A program made the position numbers and the translations under genes. From IMG/VR virus record IMGVR_UViG_3300020466_000002: 20,000 nt of DNA; one strand, written 5' to 3'. Below are positions 9,919 to 18,383 of this stretch, in pieces (position 1 is the first letter of the stretch; each line of letters starts with the position of its first letter). The notes under the pieces are model-generated. The model searched no databases and was not told the DNA's origin. It was given only the letters and a program-made list of their open reading frames with translations. Source of the DNA: an uncultured virus (IMG/VR IMGVR_UViG_3300020466_000002) (lineage: Duplodnaviria; Heunggongvirae; Uroviricota; Caudoviricetes).

Positions 9919-12348
9919 TTATCTTGGATCAAACGAATTTAATCCAAAACCGCCACCCATTATATCGTTTCCACTGGATTCGAAGTTTTCTGGGGACTTA
10001 TCTTTATTTCTTTGATCGATCATTTTAGACTGTTGAGTAGCTTGTATTCTAGTTCGTTCGTCTTTTCGATCCTCTTTCATCTTCTCTTTACCTGTGATGT
10101 TATCAAATTCCATACCTTTTAATATTTTATTTATTTGGAATTCATGATTCATCAAAGCTTTTTTATGTTCAACTTCTTTAGACATTCTCATTAACTCTAT
10201 TTGAGCTTCTGTTTGTGCTAATTGAAGTTTTTGTTCTGTTAAAGCTGCATTTTTTTGAACTTCAGCTTGTGCTGCAACTTCTTGAGCTTGAGCGTTTGCT
10301 TCTGCTTGAGCTTGTATATTTCTTTCGTTATTAGCTTGATCTCTTTCTAATTTCTTCTTACGTCTTATTTTAAGAAGTTGATTAGCTAATTTAACGTTTT
10401 TAATTTCTCTAAGATCTATAGCATCCTCTAACTCAATGTTTTGTTGCGTTAATGCCATCTGAATGTTATTTTCTAACATTTGTTTTTCTTCATCATCAGG
10501 TGTTAATTCTAAGAATATACCAAAATCATACAAATGTAAATTTTCTAATTCACTTAAAGTAGCAACATTATGAGCGCCTATAGATTGTATAAAAGCATCT
10601 CTAGCAGGAGAGTATTCTATAATATCAGATACTCTTAATGATATTGCTTCAGATGTTTCAGCACTTAAGTATAAACCACCTTGTAATATATGTCTAGTAG
10701 CAGTGTTACTATTTGCAGCTGCTATTTTTTGTACACCAACTAAAGCATCTTTAGAAGGTGAGCTAGCGTCTTTAGCCTCATTTAATCCGGTCACGTCTCT
10801 TATCATCTGTAGATAATAATTATACGTTTGAATAAGTGATTGCATTTTTTGACCACCAGATCCACTTTGTATTTCTTGAATAGGTACTTTACCTGGATTC
10901 ATATCACCATCAGATGTAAATGATCTACCTATAATACTACCTGTTTGGAAAAACATGTTTAATGCTTCTTGTGGATTATAGTTAGTACCATTACCAAGGT
11001 CTATTTCAGCTAAACCATCAGCATCTAAATAAATACCATCTGGTACTAATCTAGACATTACCTGTTGTAGTTTTAAATGAGTTAATTGAATCATATCAGC
11101 AAAACCTGTTATTCTGCTTACTAAAGATTCAATTCTACCTTTGTACATTCTTGGTGCACATATAGAGTAATTCATTTTTACCTTAGTATAATCACTTTTA
11201 GGTCTCATCATGTTTTTAGCTAACTGCCATTTTAACATTTTTTCAGTACCTAAAATCATAGCACCTTCATATAAAACCTCTATTGACCTTGATAATTTAC
11301 CATACTTTCTTTCAAGCATTTCATCCATAGCTGGATTAAATTGATCATCTTTTACTAATATTTTGCTAGCTCCCGTCGCGGTATCTTTAACTTTATACAC
11401 TTCGTTAGCATATGTTTTATAATTAAAATATAAAACTTGAACTTGATTTTTATCTTCTTGATTTGTTTCTGTTATACTTCTGTTATAATATCCAGAATTT
11501 TGAAAACCTTGTTTTTGTATATTTTCTAATTCTTCTGTTGATAAATCAGGAAATTGTTTTTTCAACTCGTTAACAGGTATACTTTTAACTTCACCTACAT
11601 AATATATATCCTCAAAATAAGGCGAATCAGTATAAGAGTATACTAAATTTGCAGGATCAACGTAATCAATAGTAATTCCATTAGATTTACTAAAGTTAGT
11701 TTTTACAGCACCAATACCAAGAACAGTTAAATCATAATTAAATCTTCTTCTTGTTAAATCATAGTTGTTACCTTGCATTATAGTATTAATAGCTTGCTCT
11801 TCTGCTATTTCAATAGACTGCTTGTAACTTAACTGCATGTGTAATTCTAACTCCTCTATACTATCAGGTAACTCTTCTTTTTTAGTTTCTCTTAAATCTA
11901 CACCAAAAGCTTGCTCAGCAAAATCAGTTAGATCTTTAGCTTCCATATCTCGTATTTTAGCTTCCATATACTGTGTTCTTTTAGAAACACCATATGGATC
12001 TTGAGAATATGCTTTGACATCAAATACTCTTTCTGATATACCATTTACTACTATATCTACAAATTTAGGTATAATAGGTACTGGTTTCCAGTCTAAGTTA
12101 AGATATGATAAATCACCGTTAATAGATAATTCATCTTTATATTTTTGTATACTTTGTTCACCACGTGCATATAGTCTAAGTTTATGGAATTCTGTTTGAT
12201 TACCATAATATCTATTAGCACCAGAGTCGCGTTTAAACCACTCACTTTCAATTGCTTTAGCAACTTTTAATCCATAGTCTACTTGGATCTTCTCAACGTC
12301 GCTAGCAACTTGACTTGGGAAATAACTTTTAACAACTGACTCAGCCAT
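9919..12348 (-). CDS. Portal protein
   Basis: 809 aa immediately after TerL. Motifs PVPIIPKFVDIVVNG, IDYVDPANL and IRDVTGLNEAKD, with a Gln/Ala-rich C-terminal coiled-coil barrel as in P22/crAss-type portals. Confidence 0.88.
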   Translation of the reverse strand: MAESVVKSYFPSQVASDVEKIQVDYGLKVAKAIESEWFKRDSGANRYYGNQTEFHKLRLYARGEQSIQKYKDELSINGDLSYLNLDWKPVPIIPKFVDIVVNGISERVFDVKAYSQDPYGVSKRTQYMEAKIRDMEAKDLTDFAEQAFGVDLRETKKEELPDSIEELELHMQLSYKQSIEIAEEQAINTIMQGNNYDLTRRRFNYDLTVLGIGAVKTNFSKSNGITIDYVDPANLVYSYTDSPYFEDIYYVGEVKSIPVNELKKQFPDLSTEELENIQKQGFQNSGYYNRSITETNQEDKNQVQVLYFNYKTYANEVYKVKDTATGASKILVKDDQFNPAMDEMLERKYGKLSRSIEVLYEGAMILGTEKMLKWQLAKNMMRPKSDYTKVKMNYSICAPRMYKGRIESLVSRITGFADMIQLTHLKLQQVMSRLVPDGIYLDADGLAEIDLGNGTNYNPQEALNMFFQTGSIIGRSFTSDGDMNPGKVPIQEIQSGSGGQKMQSLIQTYNYYLQMIRDVTGLNEAKDASSPSKDALVGVQKIAAANSNTATRHILQGGLYLSAETSEAISLRVSDIIEYSPARDAFIQSIGAHNVATLSELENLHLYDFGIFLELTPDDEEKQMLENNIQMALTQQNIELEDAIDLREIKNVKLANQLLKIRRKKKLERDQANNERNIQAQAEANAQAQEVAAQAEVQKNAALTEQKLQLAQTEAQIELMRMSKEVEHKKALMNHEFQINKILKGMEFDNITGKEKMKEDRKDERTRIQATQQSKMIDQRNKDKSPENFESSGNDIMGGGFGLNSFDPR

Positions 12349-12349
12349 A

Positions 12350-14563
12350 TTAATTTATTAATTTTGAATGCATACCTTTTTGTTTATATTTAGCTATGCT
12401 TATGTTTAATTTTGTTCTTTCTTTTTCAGCATTAGGTCTATATAAATGTTTATTACAAGCCATTATTGCTAAACCCGAACTAATAGTAGCATCAAATTTT
12501 GTTCTATTATTAATATCAAATTTAGCCCAATCACCTAATGTGTTATTAAAATATATATTACCATGAGTACCATCTTGTTTTAATCCCACATGATCTTGTA
12601 TATACATTTCTATCGCGGCAGCGTGTGCCTGCTTAATATCTTCACTAGAGTTTGGTATACCACCTATTTCTTTTTCAGCTACAGATAATTTATTCCAAAC
12701 TTTATCAGGTCTATTCATCGAATAACCTCTATAACCACGTCTTCTTAAATAATACAATAGACGAGGTTTATTATTTTCTGCAAGTAATGGCATCCCATAA
12801 AATACTAAAGCCATTAAAACATCCTCAAAAAACATCTCTGAGGTTGCTGGTCTTGCAATATATTCTAAAAAAAAGTGGCTTGGTGGACAATCCTCCATAC
12901 TAAACTTAGTTAAACCATGTAAAGATCCTTTTGAACCTTGACCATCTACTGTACCTGATATGTCATAACTATCACAACCAAAAGCACCCATATGTTCATT
13001 TCCTGGGTGTTTTCTACCATTTTTAAATATAATATTATTTTGTTGTCTTTGATTAGGAACCCAACTAATTAAAAATCTACCCCTTGCATCAGGATAAAAA
13101 GTAACTTTAGTATCTTTGGCTCCATTAATCCATTGGAAATTACCTCTTGTAATTTCATTATTATTATTTAATTCTTCATTAAAATCTATTTGCTCGTAAA
13201 TTTTAGCTAAATTAAATATACTATTTTTAGTTTCGTCTCTGAAAGCATGTTCTTCAGTTCTTGGAAATTGTCTATAAAATTCATTTAAAGCATCTCCATC
13301 GTTTTTTAAACCATCTACTTCATTTTGCCAATGCTCGATAATACCTGTGTCAATGTATTCCCCATACGGTCCTTTTGTTTCTGTTTCTGGAGTGTCGAAT
13401 ACAGGTAAGCCATAAGAATCAATGAATCCTTCGTAGTTCCATTCCATAGGTATGAACAAACTATATAATCCCGAGCTAGTCTGTCCATTGCGGTTTCTTT
13501 TTGTAACATCTGAATCTTTATAAAGTTTTTTGAAGTTATCACCACCTTTATCTAAAGCGTTTGATGTTGATCCCATCATACACTTACCAATAATTCTGCT
13601 ACCTAATCTTAATGTAGTTTTAGTAACTCTCCAGTTATTTAATATATTATTAGGTCTTTCCCATTTACCACTTTCATCATGTGCTAATAGTTTTAGTTTT
13701 TCACCATCATAACTATTATCTCCAGTATTTTTCCAATCAATAGTAGTATCTAATCCTTGTAACTCCTCTGGTCTATCACTTGCTTGTATATTTCTTCTAG
13801 TTAATTTAGAAGCTGGTACTCTATATGCTAATTCTGTTTTAGGTCGATCCATACCATCTTGAATCGGTTTAAAAAAGAAAGGATAATTAACTGATATTGG
13901 CACAACTTTGTCAGTAAACATTTTTTTAGCATCAGGACCTGTTTTAGATAATATACCAAATCTTGAATCACTAGCTAATGTAGCCATATTTACAAGTTCA
14001 CCAGAAGCCATAAAAGAAAAACCAGATCGTCTATTTTTTAAGTAACACATACCGTAACATCTTTTATCTGCTTTACAAGCCTCCCAAAACATATAGAATA
14101 ATCTATTTGCTTCTCTAAAATCTGGATGTCCTACATCTATTTTACTCCATTGTAAATACATGTAATGTGTTCCTGTTATATATGTTGGTGTACCTTTATT
14201 GTAATACCAAAAGCCCTCATCTCTTCTTTTAAACTCTTCCTCTATGTAATCTATATATTGATTTTTAAAATCATTTGGATATTCTTTCCAATCAAATATA
14301 GTTTTAATTCTTTGTAAAGCTTTTGGTTGTTCAACAACCTCAAACTTATCACTTTTAAATCTATGTATATTCTTAGGAGCTTTAGGTAAAGCTATTTTAA
14401 GATTTTGTATTTCATATATATCACCTATCTCACCTGTTTTAGATATAACAACTAGATCATGCTCCTTATTATATCCATATTGCCACTTTTTTGATTTATT
14501 TAATCTTTTTAAAGTGTTTATTTTAACAGGTTCTATTATTTGATATAAATCTTGACTATACAT
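12350..14563 (-). CDS. terL: Terminase large subunit
   Basis: 737 aa. Walker A-like LKNRRSGFS, Walker B LLAHDESGKW, coupling motif MMGSTSN, and RNase H-like nuclease motifs FGCDSYD and TKFDATISSG. Confidence 0.92.
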   Translation of the reverse strand: MYSQDLYQIIEPVKINTLKRLNKSKKWQYGYNKEHDLVVISKTGEIGDIYEIQNLKIALPKAPKNIHRFKSDKFEVVEQPKALQRIKTIFDWKEYPNDFKNQYIDYIEEEFKRRDEGFWYYNKGTPTYITGTHYMYLQWSKIDVGHPDFREANRLFYMFWEACKADKRCYGMCYLKNRRSGFSFMASGELVNMATLASDSRFGILSKTGPDAKKMFTDKVVPISVNYPFFFKPIQDGMDRPKTELAYRVPASKLTRRNIQASDRPEELQGLDTTIDWKNTGDNSYDGEKLKLLAHDESGKWERPNNILNNWRVTKTTLRLGSRIIGKCMMGSTSNALDKGGDNFKKLYKDSDVTKRNRNGQTSSGLYSLFIPMEWNYEGFIDSYGLPVFDTPETETKGPYGEYIDTGIIEHWQNEVDGLKNDGDALNEFYRQFPRTEEHAFRDETKNSIFNLAKIYEQIDFNEELNNNNEITRGNFQWINGAKDTKVTFYPDARGRFLISWVPNQRQQNNIIFKNGRKHPGNEHMGAFGCDSYDISGTVDGQGSKGSLHGLTKFSMEDCPPSHFFLEYIARPATSEMFFEDVLMALVFYGMPLLAENNKPRLLYYLRRRGYRGYSMNRPDKVWNKLSVAEKEIGGIPNSSEDIKQAHAAAIEMYIQDHVGLKQDGTHGNIYFNNTLGDWAKFDINNRTKFDATISSGLAIMACNKHLYRPNAEKERTKLNISIAKYKQKGMHSKLIN

Positions 14564-14838
14564 TATTTGGATCTTCTTTCAGCAAACCCAGAAAAAGTTT
14601 TAGTTTTCTCTTCTTCTTTTGGTTTATTTTCTAATATATTTTCCTCGTCTTGTATTCTGGTAAGTATTTCAAACGCATCAAATATAGCTAACTTTTTTGT
14701 AGCTGCAGCGTTTTTTAATCTATCAGCTGTTATATCATCTCCACTATCTACTATTGGTTCTTTAGCAACTTTTACTAATTCTTCAACAGCTTTATAGCCA
14801 GCTTGGATTATATTCTTTTTCCTCTCCTTGATATTCAT
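14563..14838 (-). CDS. Putative terminase small subunit
   Basis: 91-aa helical ORF whose stop overlaps the TerL start (TAATG). The assignment is by position only. Confidence 0.5.
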   Translation of the reverse strand: MNIKERKKNIIQAGYKAVEELVKVAKEPIVDSGDDITADRLKNAAATKKLAIFDAFEILTRIQDEENILENKPKEEEKTKTFSGFAERRSK

Positions 14839-15382
14839 ACTTAATAGTTAAATTTTTAGATCTAACTCTATATAATCTTTCACCATTAATTATAAACTCG
14901 TATTCACTAGAGGGTGTAAAACCTACTAGATCACCTTTTTTTAATTCATTATTGGTGTCGTCTAAATATACTAAAACACCTATTAAAGGTTGTTCTTTAT
15001 CTAAACTAAATATATCATTAGATTCAATTGGTTTTACAAATGAGTAGCCTTCAACAGCTTTCCATTTGTCTTTTCTTTTGTAAGCAAATATTTGATCATA
15101 TGTACATAGATAGCTATTGTCATCTATATAACCTTTGCTGTTTTTTTCTTCACCCCTTATATTATACCATCTTCTAAATATATTATGGTGAACAACAACT
15201 TGATCCCCTACTTTTATATTTGTTTTACCAATTAGTGGTAGTGATTTAACAACACCTATTCTGTTAACATATTGATGGTGAGTTATTTCACTATTCAATA
15301 TTAAAGTCTTATCACCTACCTTTTTTTGGTTAGTATACCTACCACCAAAAGGTTCAACAACGAAATCATGTAGTGATTTCAC
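14792..15382 (-). CDS. GroES-like co-chaperonin with two tandem GroES-like domains
   Basis: 196 aa, GTG start. Domain 1: MKSLHDFVVEP...GVVKSLP...IKVGDQVVV. Domain 2: YSFVKP...GVLVY...LKKGDLVGF...EFIINGERLYRVRSKNL. Both follow the GroES pattern (V.V.P / G.V / VKVGD.V.F / I.GE.Y....DI). Confidence 0.7.
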   Translation of the reverse strand: MKSLHDFVVEPFGGRYTNQKKVGDKTLILNSEITHHQYVNRIGVVKSLPLIGKTNIKVGDQVVVHHNIFRRWYNIRGEEKNSKGYIDDNSYLCTYDQIFAYKRKDKWKAVEGYSFVKPIESNDIFSLDKEQPLIGVLVYLDDTNNELKKGDLVGFTPSSEYEFIINGERLYRVRSKNLTIKYEYQGEEKEYNPSWL

Positions 15383-15606
15383 TAATATTCTAAATTATAT
15401 TCAACTGCTATTGCCATGTTTTTGTTAAAGTCTTTCCAAGGTAAAATTTCGTTATTCTTTATAATGAATATACTATATTTTTCATCTTCTTCGACAATAC
15501 AATCTATCATATGTCCTCCATAAACCTCTTGGCCTACAGAATAATGCATAGCTTCGTTTTTATAATCCTTGCCTATACTAATTTTTCTTATTAAGTGCTT
15601 GCTCAT
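15382..15606 (-). CDS. Small hypothetical phage protein
   Basis: ATG at 15606 (MSKHLIRKISIGKDYKNEAMHYSVGQEVYGGH...); the ORF track uses an upstream TTG at 15612. The stop overlaps the next start (TAGTG), which suggests translational coupling. Confidence 0.65.
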   Translation of the reverse strand: MSKHLIRKISIGKDYKNEAMHYSVGQEVYGGHMIDCIVEEDEKYSIFIIKNNEILPWKDFNKNMAIAVEYNLEY

Positions 15607-15847
15607 CTTCAACTGGTTTTAAAATTCCTGTATCTAAATTAACAGAGACTTTTCCATACTTATCTTCAAGCCCAGCTTGTAGTTTTCTTAACATCCCTTG
15701 ACCTTCTTTTAATCTGCTCAAAGCTATGTCTTTTTGTACTTCTAAGCCACCTATTTGCATCTGCAACTGATTAATTTCAGTTACTACAACTTGTATAGAC
15801 TTTAGTTCGTCTTTTGTGATTTTTAAATCTTTTGTCTTTTTTGCCAT
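15578..15847 (-). CDS. Small coiled-coil hypothetical protein
   Basis: 89 aa with a heptad pattern (EINQLQMQIGGLEVQKDIALSRLKE) and C-terminal KYGKVSVNLDTG. Good A/T-rich leader. Confidence 0.65.
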   Translation of the reverse strand: MAKKTKDLKITKDELKSIQVVVTEINQLQMQIGGLEVQKDIALSRLKEGQGMLRKLQAGLEDKYGKVSVNLDTGILKPVEDEQALNKKN

Positions 15848-15878
15848 TTTATTAAATTTTAATTAAACTTCTTACTCT

Positions 15879-15900
15879 TATATTATTACGCAATTGTCAC
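15879..15900 (-). promoter_or_regulatory. Candidate phage promoter, copy 1 (GTGACAATTGCGTAATAATATA)
   Basis: Intergenic, about 30 nt upstream of the ATG at 15847. A closely similar motif occurs at 16836-16856. Confidence 0.5.
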
Positions 15901-15908
15901 GCTTTTTA

Positions 15909-16811
15909 CTATTTTTTAGATTTTGGTTTTCTATTGTCTATAAACCAATCTTTGTAGTAATATCTTTTGTTTAAAATATACTCAAAGTATTTATCTACTT
16001 TTTCTTTCCAATTTTTATCAACGTTTGGATTAATAACACCTGATTTAGGGCTAGAAAACGTTTTATTAACCCATTCAATGTTTTTATTATCGTATAATCT
16101 AGCGTTGATATGATGAAAAGATCCTTTATGTGTTAACTGCCAAACATCTATTGGTTCTATATCTTTACCAAGTATAGTCGCATATAAAGCACTTTCACTC
16201 ACATGTGTTGTGTATACTTTCTTAGCTTTAACTAAAAAATGATATAAATCCATATCTCTATGTAATATAGCTTCTTCACCAAATAAATCTTGTAGCTCAC
16301 CAATAAACTGATGTTTAGTGATAGGATGTGGTTTAAACCATATGTTGTGTTTATATTTTTTTGATATTGCTATCATTTTATTTAAACACACTATTTCTTT
16401 TAATTTATTAGATCCAGGTAAAACAACTAAATAATCTTTATAAGGATATTTTTTTGTATCTACCTTTCTTCTATTTTGATATTTATTAGCTTGTTTTTCT
16501 TGAATATTTTTATTTAAATATCCAGCCCAATCTAAAACATCAATATCTTTATCATCATAAGCATCGTCTATCTGCTCAGTTCTAAACTTAAGATTCAAGG
16601 GTTGCATTATAAAACTAGTTCCATATGACGTATAACCCATGGTTTTAAAATAAGGCATTTCTTCTGCCATAACATCATAACTAGTCTCTAAACCAGCTTC
16701 ACTTGCTTTTCTAATTACATAACCCTCAACTTGTTCTAAGTCATCTAAGTTTGTATTTTTCTTTAATGGTCCTATTCTTCCGTCTAAAACCTTTTTATTA
16801 AACATTTCCAT
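15909..16811 (-). CDS. Putative GT-B glycosyltransferase, capsule polysaccharide synthesis (KpsS/KpsC-like) type
   Basis: 300 aa. IWFKPHP motif followed by LYHFLVKAKKVYTTHVSESALYATILGKDI, matching the K.HP ... V.T..S....EA...GK.V pattern of CMP-sugar/CDP-polyol transferase C-terminal domains. Confidence 0.6.
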   Translation of the reverse strand: MEMFNKKVLDGRIGPLKKNTNLDDLEQVEGYVIRKASEAGLETSYDVMAEEMPYFKTMGYTSYGTSFIMQPLNLKFRTEQIDDAYDDKDIDVLDWAGYLNKNIQEKQANKYQNRRKVDTKKYPYKDYLVVLPGSNKLKEIVCLNKMIAISKKYKHNIWFKPHPITKHQFIGELQDLFGEEAILHRDMDLYHFLVKAKKVYTTHVSESALYATILGKDIEPIDVWQLTHKGSFHHINARLYDNKNIEWVNKTFSSPKSGVINPNVDKNWKEKVDKYFEYILNKRYYYKDWFIDNRKPKSKK

Positions 16812-16835
16812 ATTATTAAATTTAATTCGTTATTA

Positions 16836-16856
16836 TATATAGTTACACAATATCAC
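16836..16856 (-). promoter_or_regulatory. Candidate phage promoter, copy 2 (GTGATATTGTGTAACTATATA)
   Basis: Intergenic, about 25 nt upstream of the ATG at 16811. It shares the consensus GTGAYA(A)TTGYGTAAYWATATA with 15879-15900. Confidence 0.5.
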
Positions 16857-16862
16857 TTATTT

Positions 16863-18383
16863 CTAAGCGCAATCGTTTAACCCTTGAACAACACCAACAC
16901 TACTCATAATTCTAATATATTTACTACCATCACCAACTCTATAATATCCAGCAGCTAGCCAATTACCACTACCGTCTTTAACAACATCTCCACCGACTGG
17001 AAGTATTCCACTACCATTGTGATAATATGTTTGATTAATTGTAGCACTACAAACAGATAAGAAGTTTTGTTGTGTTGATGAATTAAAAGTTGATAACGCA
17101 CCTCTATTTAAATAATCAACCATAGTAGACATATCTTTTCTTGTTGTATTATATCTAGACGTCATTGTCGTGGTGGTTGTATTCCAAGATGTAGTTGTGC
17201 TTTGACTAGTATTAAATGTTGTAGTTGTACTATGGTACGTATTATAAGTCGTAGTTGTGCTCTTACTAGTATTATAGGTTGTAGTAGTACTTCTTGTTGT
17301 AGCTGTAGCGTAAACAGTTGTTGTGTTAGTACTAGTTGACCAAGTTGTAGTAAAAGTTGTATTCGTTGTTTTACTTGTGTTATACGTAGTGGTAGTAGTG
17401 GTTGACTGTGACGTGTTAAATGTTGTAGTTGTTGACTGCGATGTATTAAACGTCGTGGTTGTGGTTTTTGTAGTATTATACGTAGTAGTCGTGCTAGTTG
17501 TGTGACTAGTGTTGTAAGTAGTTGTTGTACTTTTACTTGTATTATAAGTAGTCGTTGTATCTCTTGACGTAGCATATGTTGTTGTTGTGCTATGAGATGT
17601 ACCATGACTTGTTTGCCACGTTGTAGTTGTTGTTGAACTAGTGTTAAACGTTGTAGTTGTACTTCTTTGCGTATTATACGTAGTTGTTGTAGTAGTACTC
17701 TGACTAGTGTTAAACGTTGTGGTTGTCGTATGTGACGTATTATACGTGGTTGTTGTGTTATGAGACGTATAGTACGTAGTCTCAGTTGTATGAGACGTAC
17801 TCTGACTCGTTTGCCAGGTTGTTGAAGTAGTATGACTAGTGGCTGTACTATGGCTTGTAGCATACGTTGTATTATACGTGGTTGTTGTACTCTTACTCGT
17901 ACTCCAGGTTGTAGTTGTTGTATGACTTGTACTTTTATACGTATTGGAACTAGTTGACCAAGTTGTATTATACGTTGTAGTTGTACTATGAGATGTACTA
18001 TGGTATGTATTATACGTTGTAGTAGTACTATGAGAAGTACCACGACTAGTCGCGTAAGTAGTATTATACGTTGTGGTAGTACTATGAGATGTAGAATGAG
18101 ATGTATTATATACCGTAGTTGTACTATGCGACGTATTACGAGATGTACCAGTAGAATGACTAGTATTGTAAGTAGTAGTAGTATTGTGACTAGTATTATA
18201 CGTAGTAGTTGTATTATGACTAGTATTCCATGACGTAGTTGTCGTGTGTGATGTATTATATGTTGTAGTGGTGTTTTTACTAGTATTAAAATACGTTTGA
18301 TAATACGAATCGTACGATGTAGCATGATATGTTTCTCTACTTGTTGCCCAAGCGGTAAACCATGTTGTAGTAGTATTAGGCAT
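16863..18383 (-). CDS. Thr/Ser-rich repeat protein (putative beta-solenoid fibre) with a small two-Cys C-terminal domain
   Basis: 506 aa. About 410 aa of TTTT[YFW]NTS[HKQR]S-type repeats, then a globular end (...SVC...TYYHNGSGILPVGGDVV...GYYRV...GVVQGLNDCA). Its start overlaps the upstream gene's stop by 8 nt. Confidence 0.8.
   Translation of the reverse strand: MPNTTTTWFTAWATSRETYHATSYDSYYQTYFNTSKNTTTTYNTSHTTTTSWNTSHNTTTTYNTSHNTTTTYNTSHSTGTSRNTSHSTTTVYNTSHSTSHSTTTTYNTTYATSRGTSHSTTTTYNTYHSTSHSTTTTYNTTWSTSSNTYKSTSHTTTTTWSTSKSTTTTYNTTYATSHSTATSHTTSTTWQTSQSTSHTTETTYYTSHNTTTTYNTSHTTTTTFNTSQSTTTTTTYNTQRSTTTTFNTSSTTTTTWQTSHGTSHSTTTTYATSRDTTTTYNTSKSTTTTYNTSHTTSTTTTYNTTKTTTTTFNTSQSTTTTFNTSQSTTTTTTYNTSKTTNTTFTTTWSTSTNTTTVYATATTRSTTTTYNTSKSTTTTYNTYHSTTTTFNTSQSTTTSWNTTTTTMTSRYNTTRKDMSTMVDYLNRGALSTFNSSTQQNFLSVCSATINQTYYHNGSGILPVGGDVVKDGSGNWLAAGYYRVGDGSKYIRIMSSVGVVQGLNDCA
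17160..18380 (-). repeat. Degenerate coding tandem repeat, basic period 30 nt (10 aa) with 12-nt (4 aa) inserts
   Basis: Recurrent plus-strand words such as tgactagtattatacgtagt and gtattatacgttgtagttgtact, with synonymous positions varying between copies. Confidence 0.85.

Noticed and set aside
12350..14563. Intein or intron in the large terminase
   Set aside because: The ORF is continuous with ATPase and nuclease motifs in normal order, and I recognised no Hint or homing-endonuclease motifs.
7996..14797. Short plus-strand or out-of-frame ORFs inside the MCP, scaffold, portal and terminase genes
   Set aside because: They are nested in or antisense to well-supported genes, 60-83 aa long, and have no recognisable motifs.
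17323..18233. Plus-strand ORFs 17323-17505 and 17988-18233 (poly-Val and Ser/Cys-rich)
   Set aside because: They are antisense translations of Thr codon runs, with no independent evidence.
17162..18325. 387-aa overlapping ORF in a shifted frame on the same strand (I/L/Q/V/R-rich)
   Set aside because: It is a by-product of the repeat: the true frame almost lacks codons with T in the middle position, so the shifted frame has no stops. The product is an implausible low-complexity shadow.
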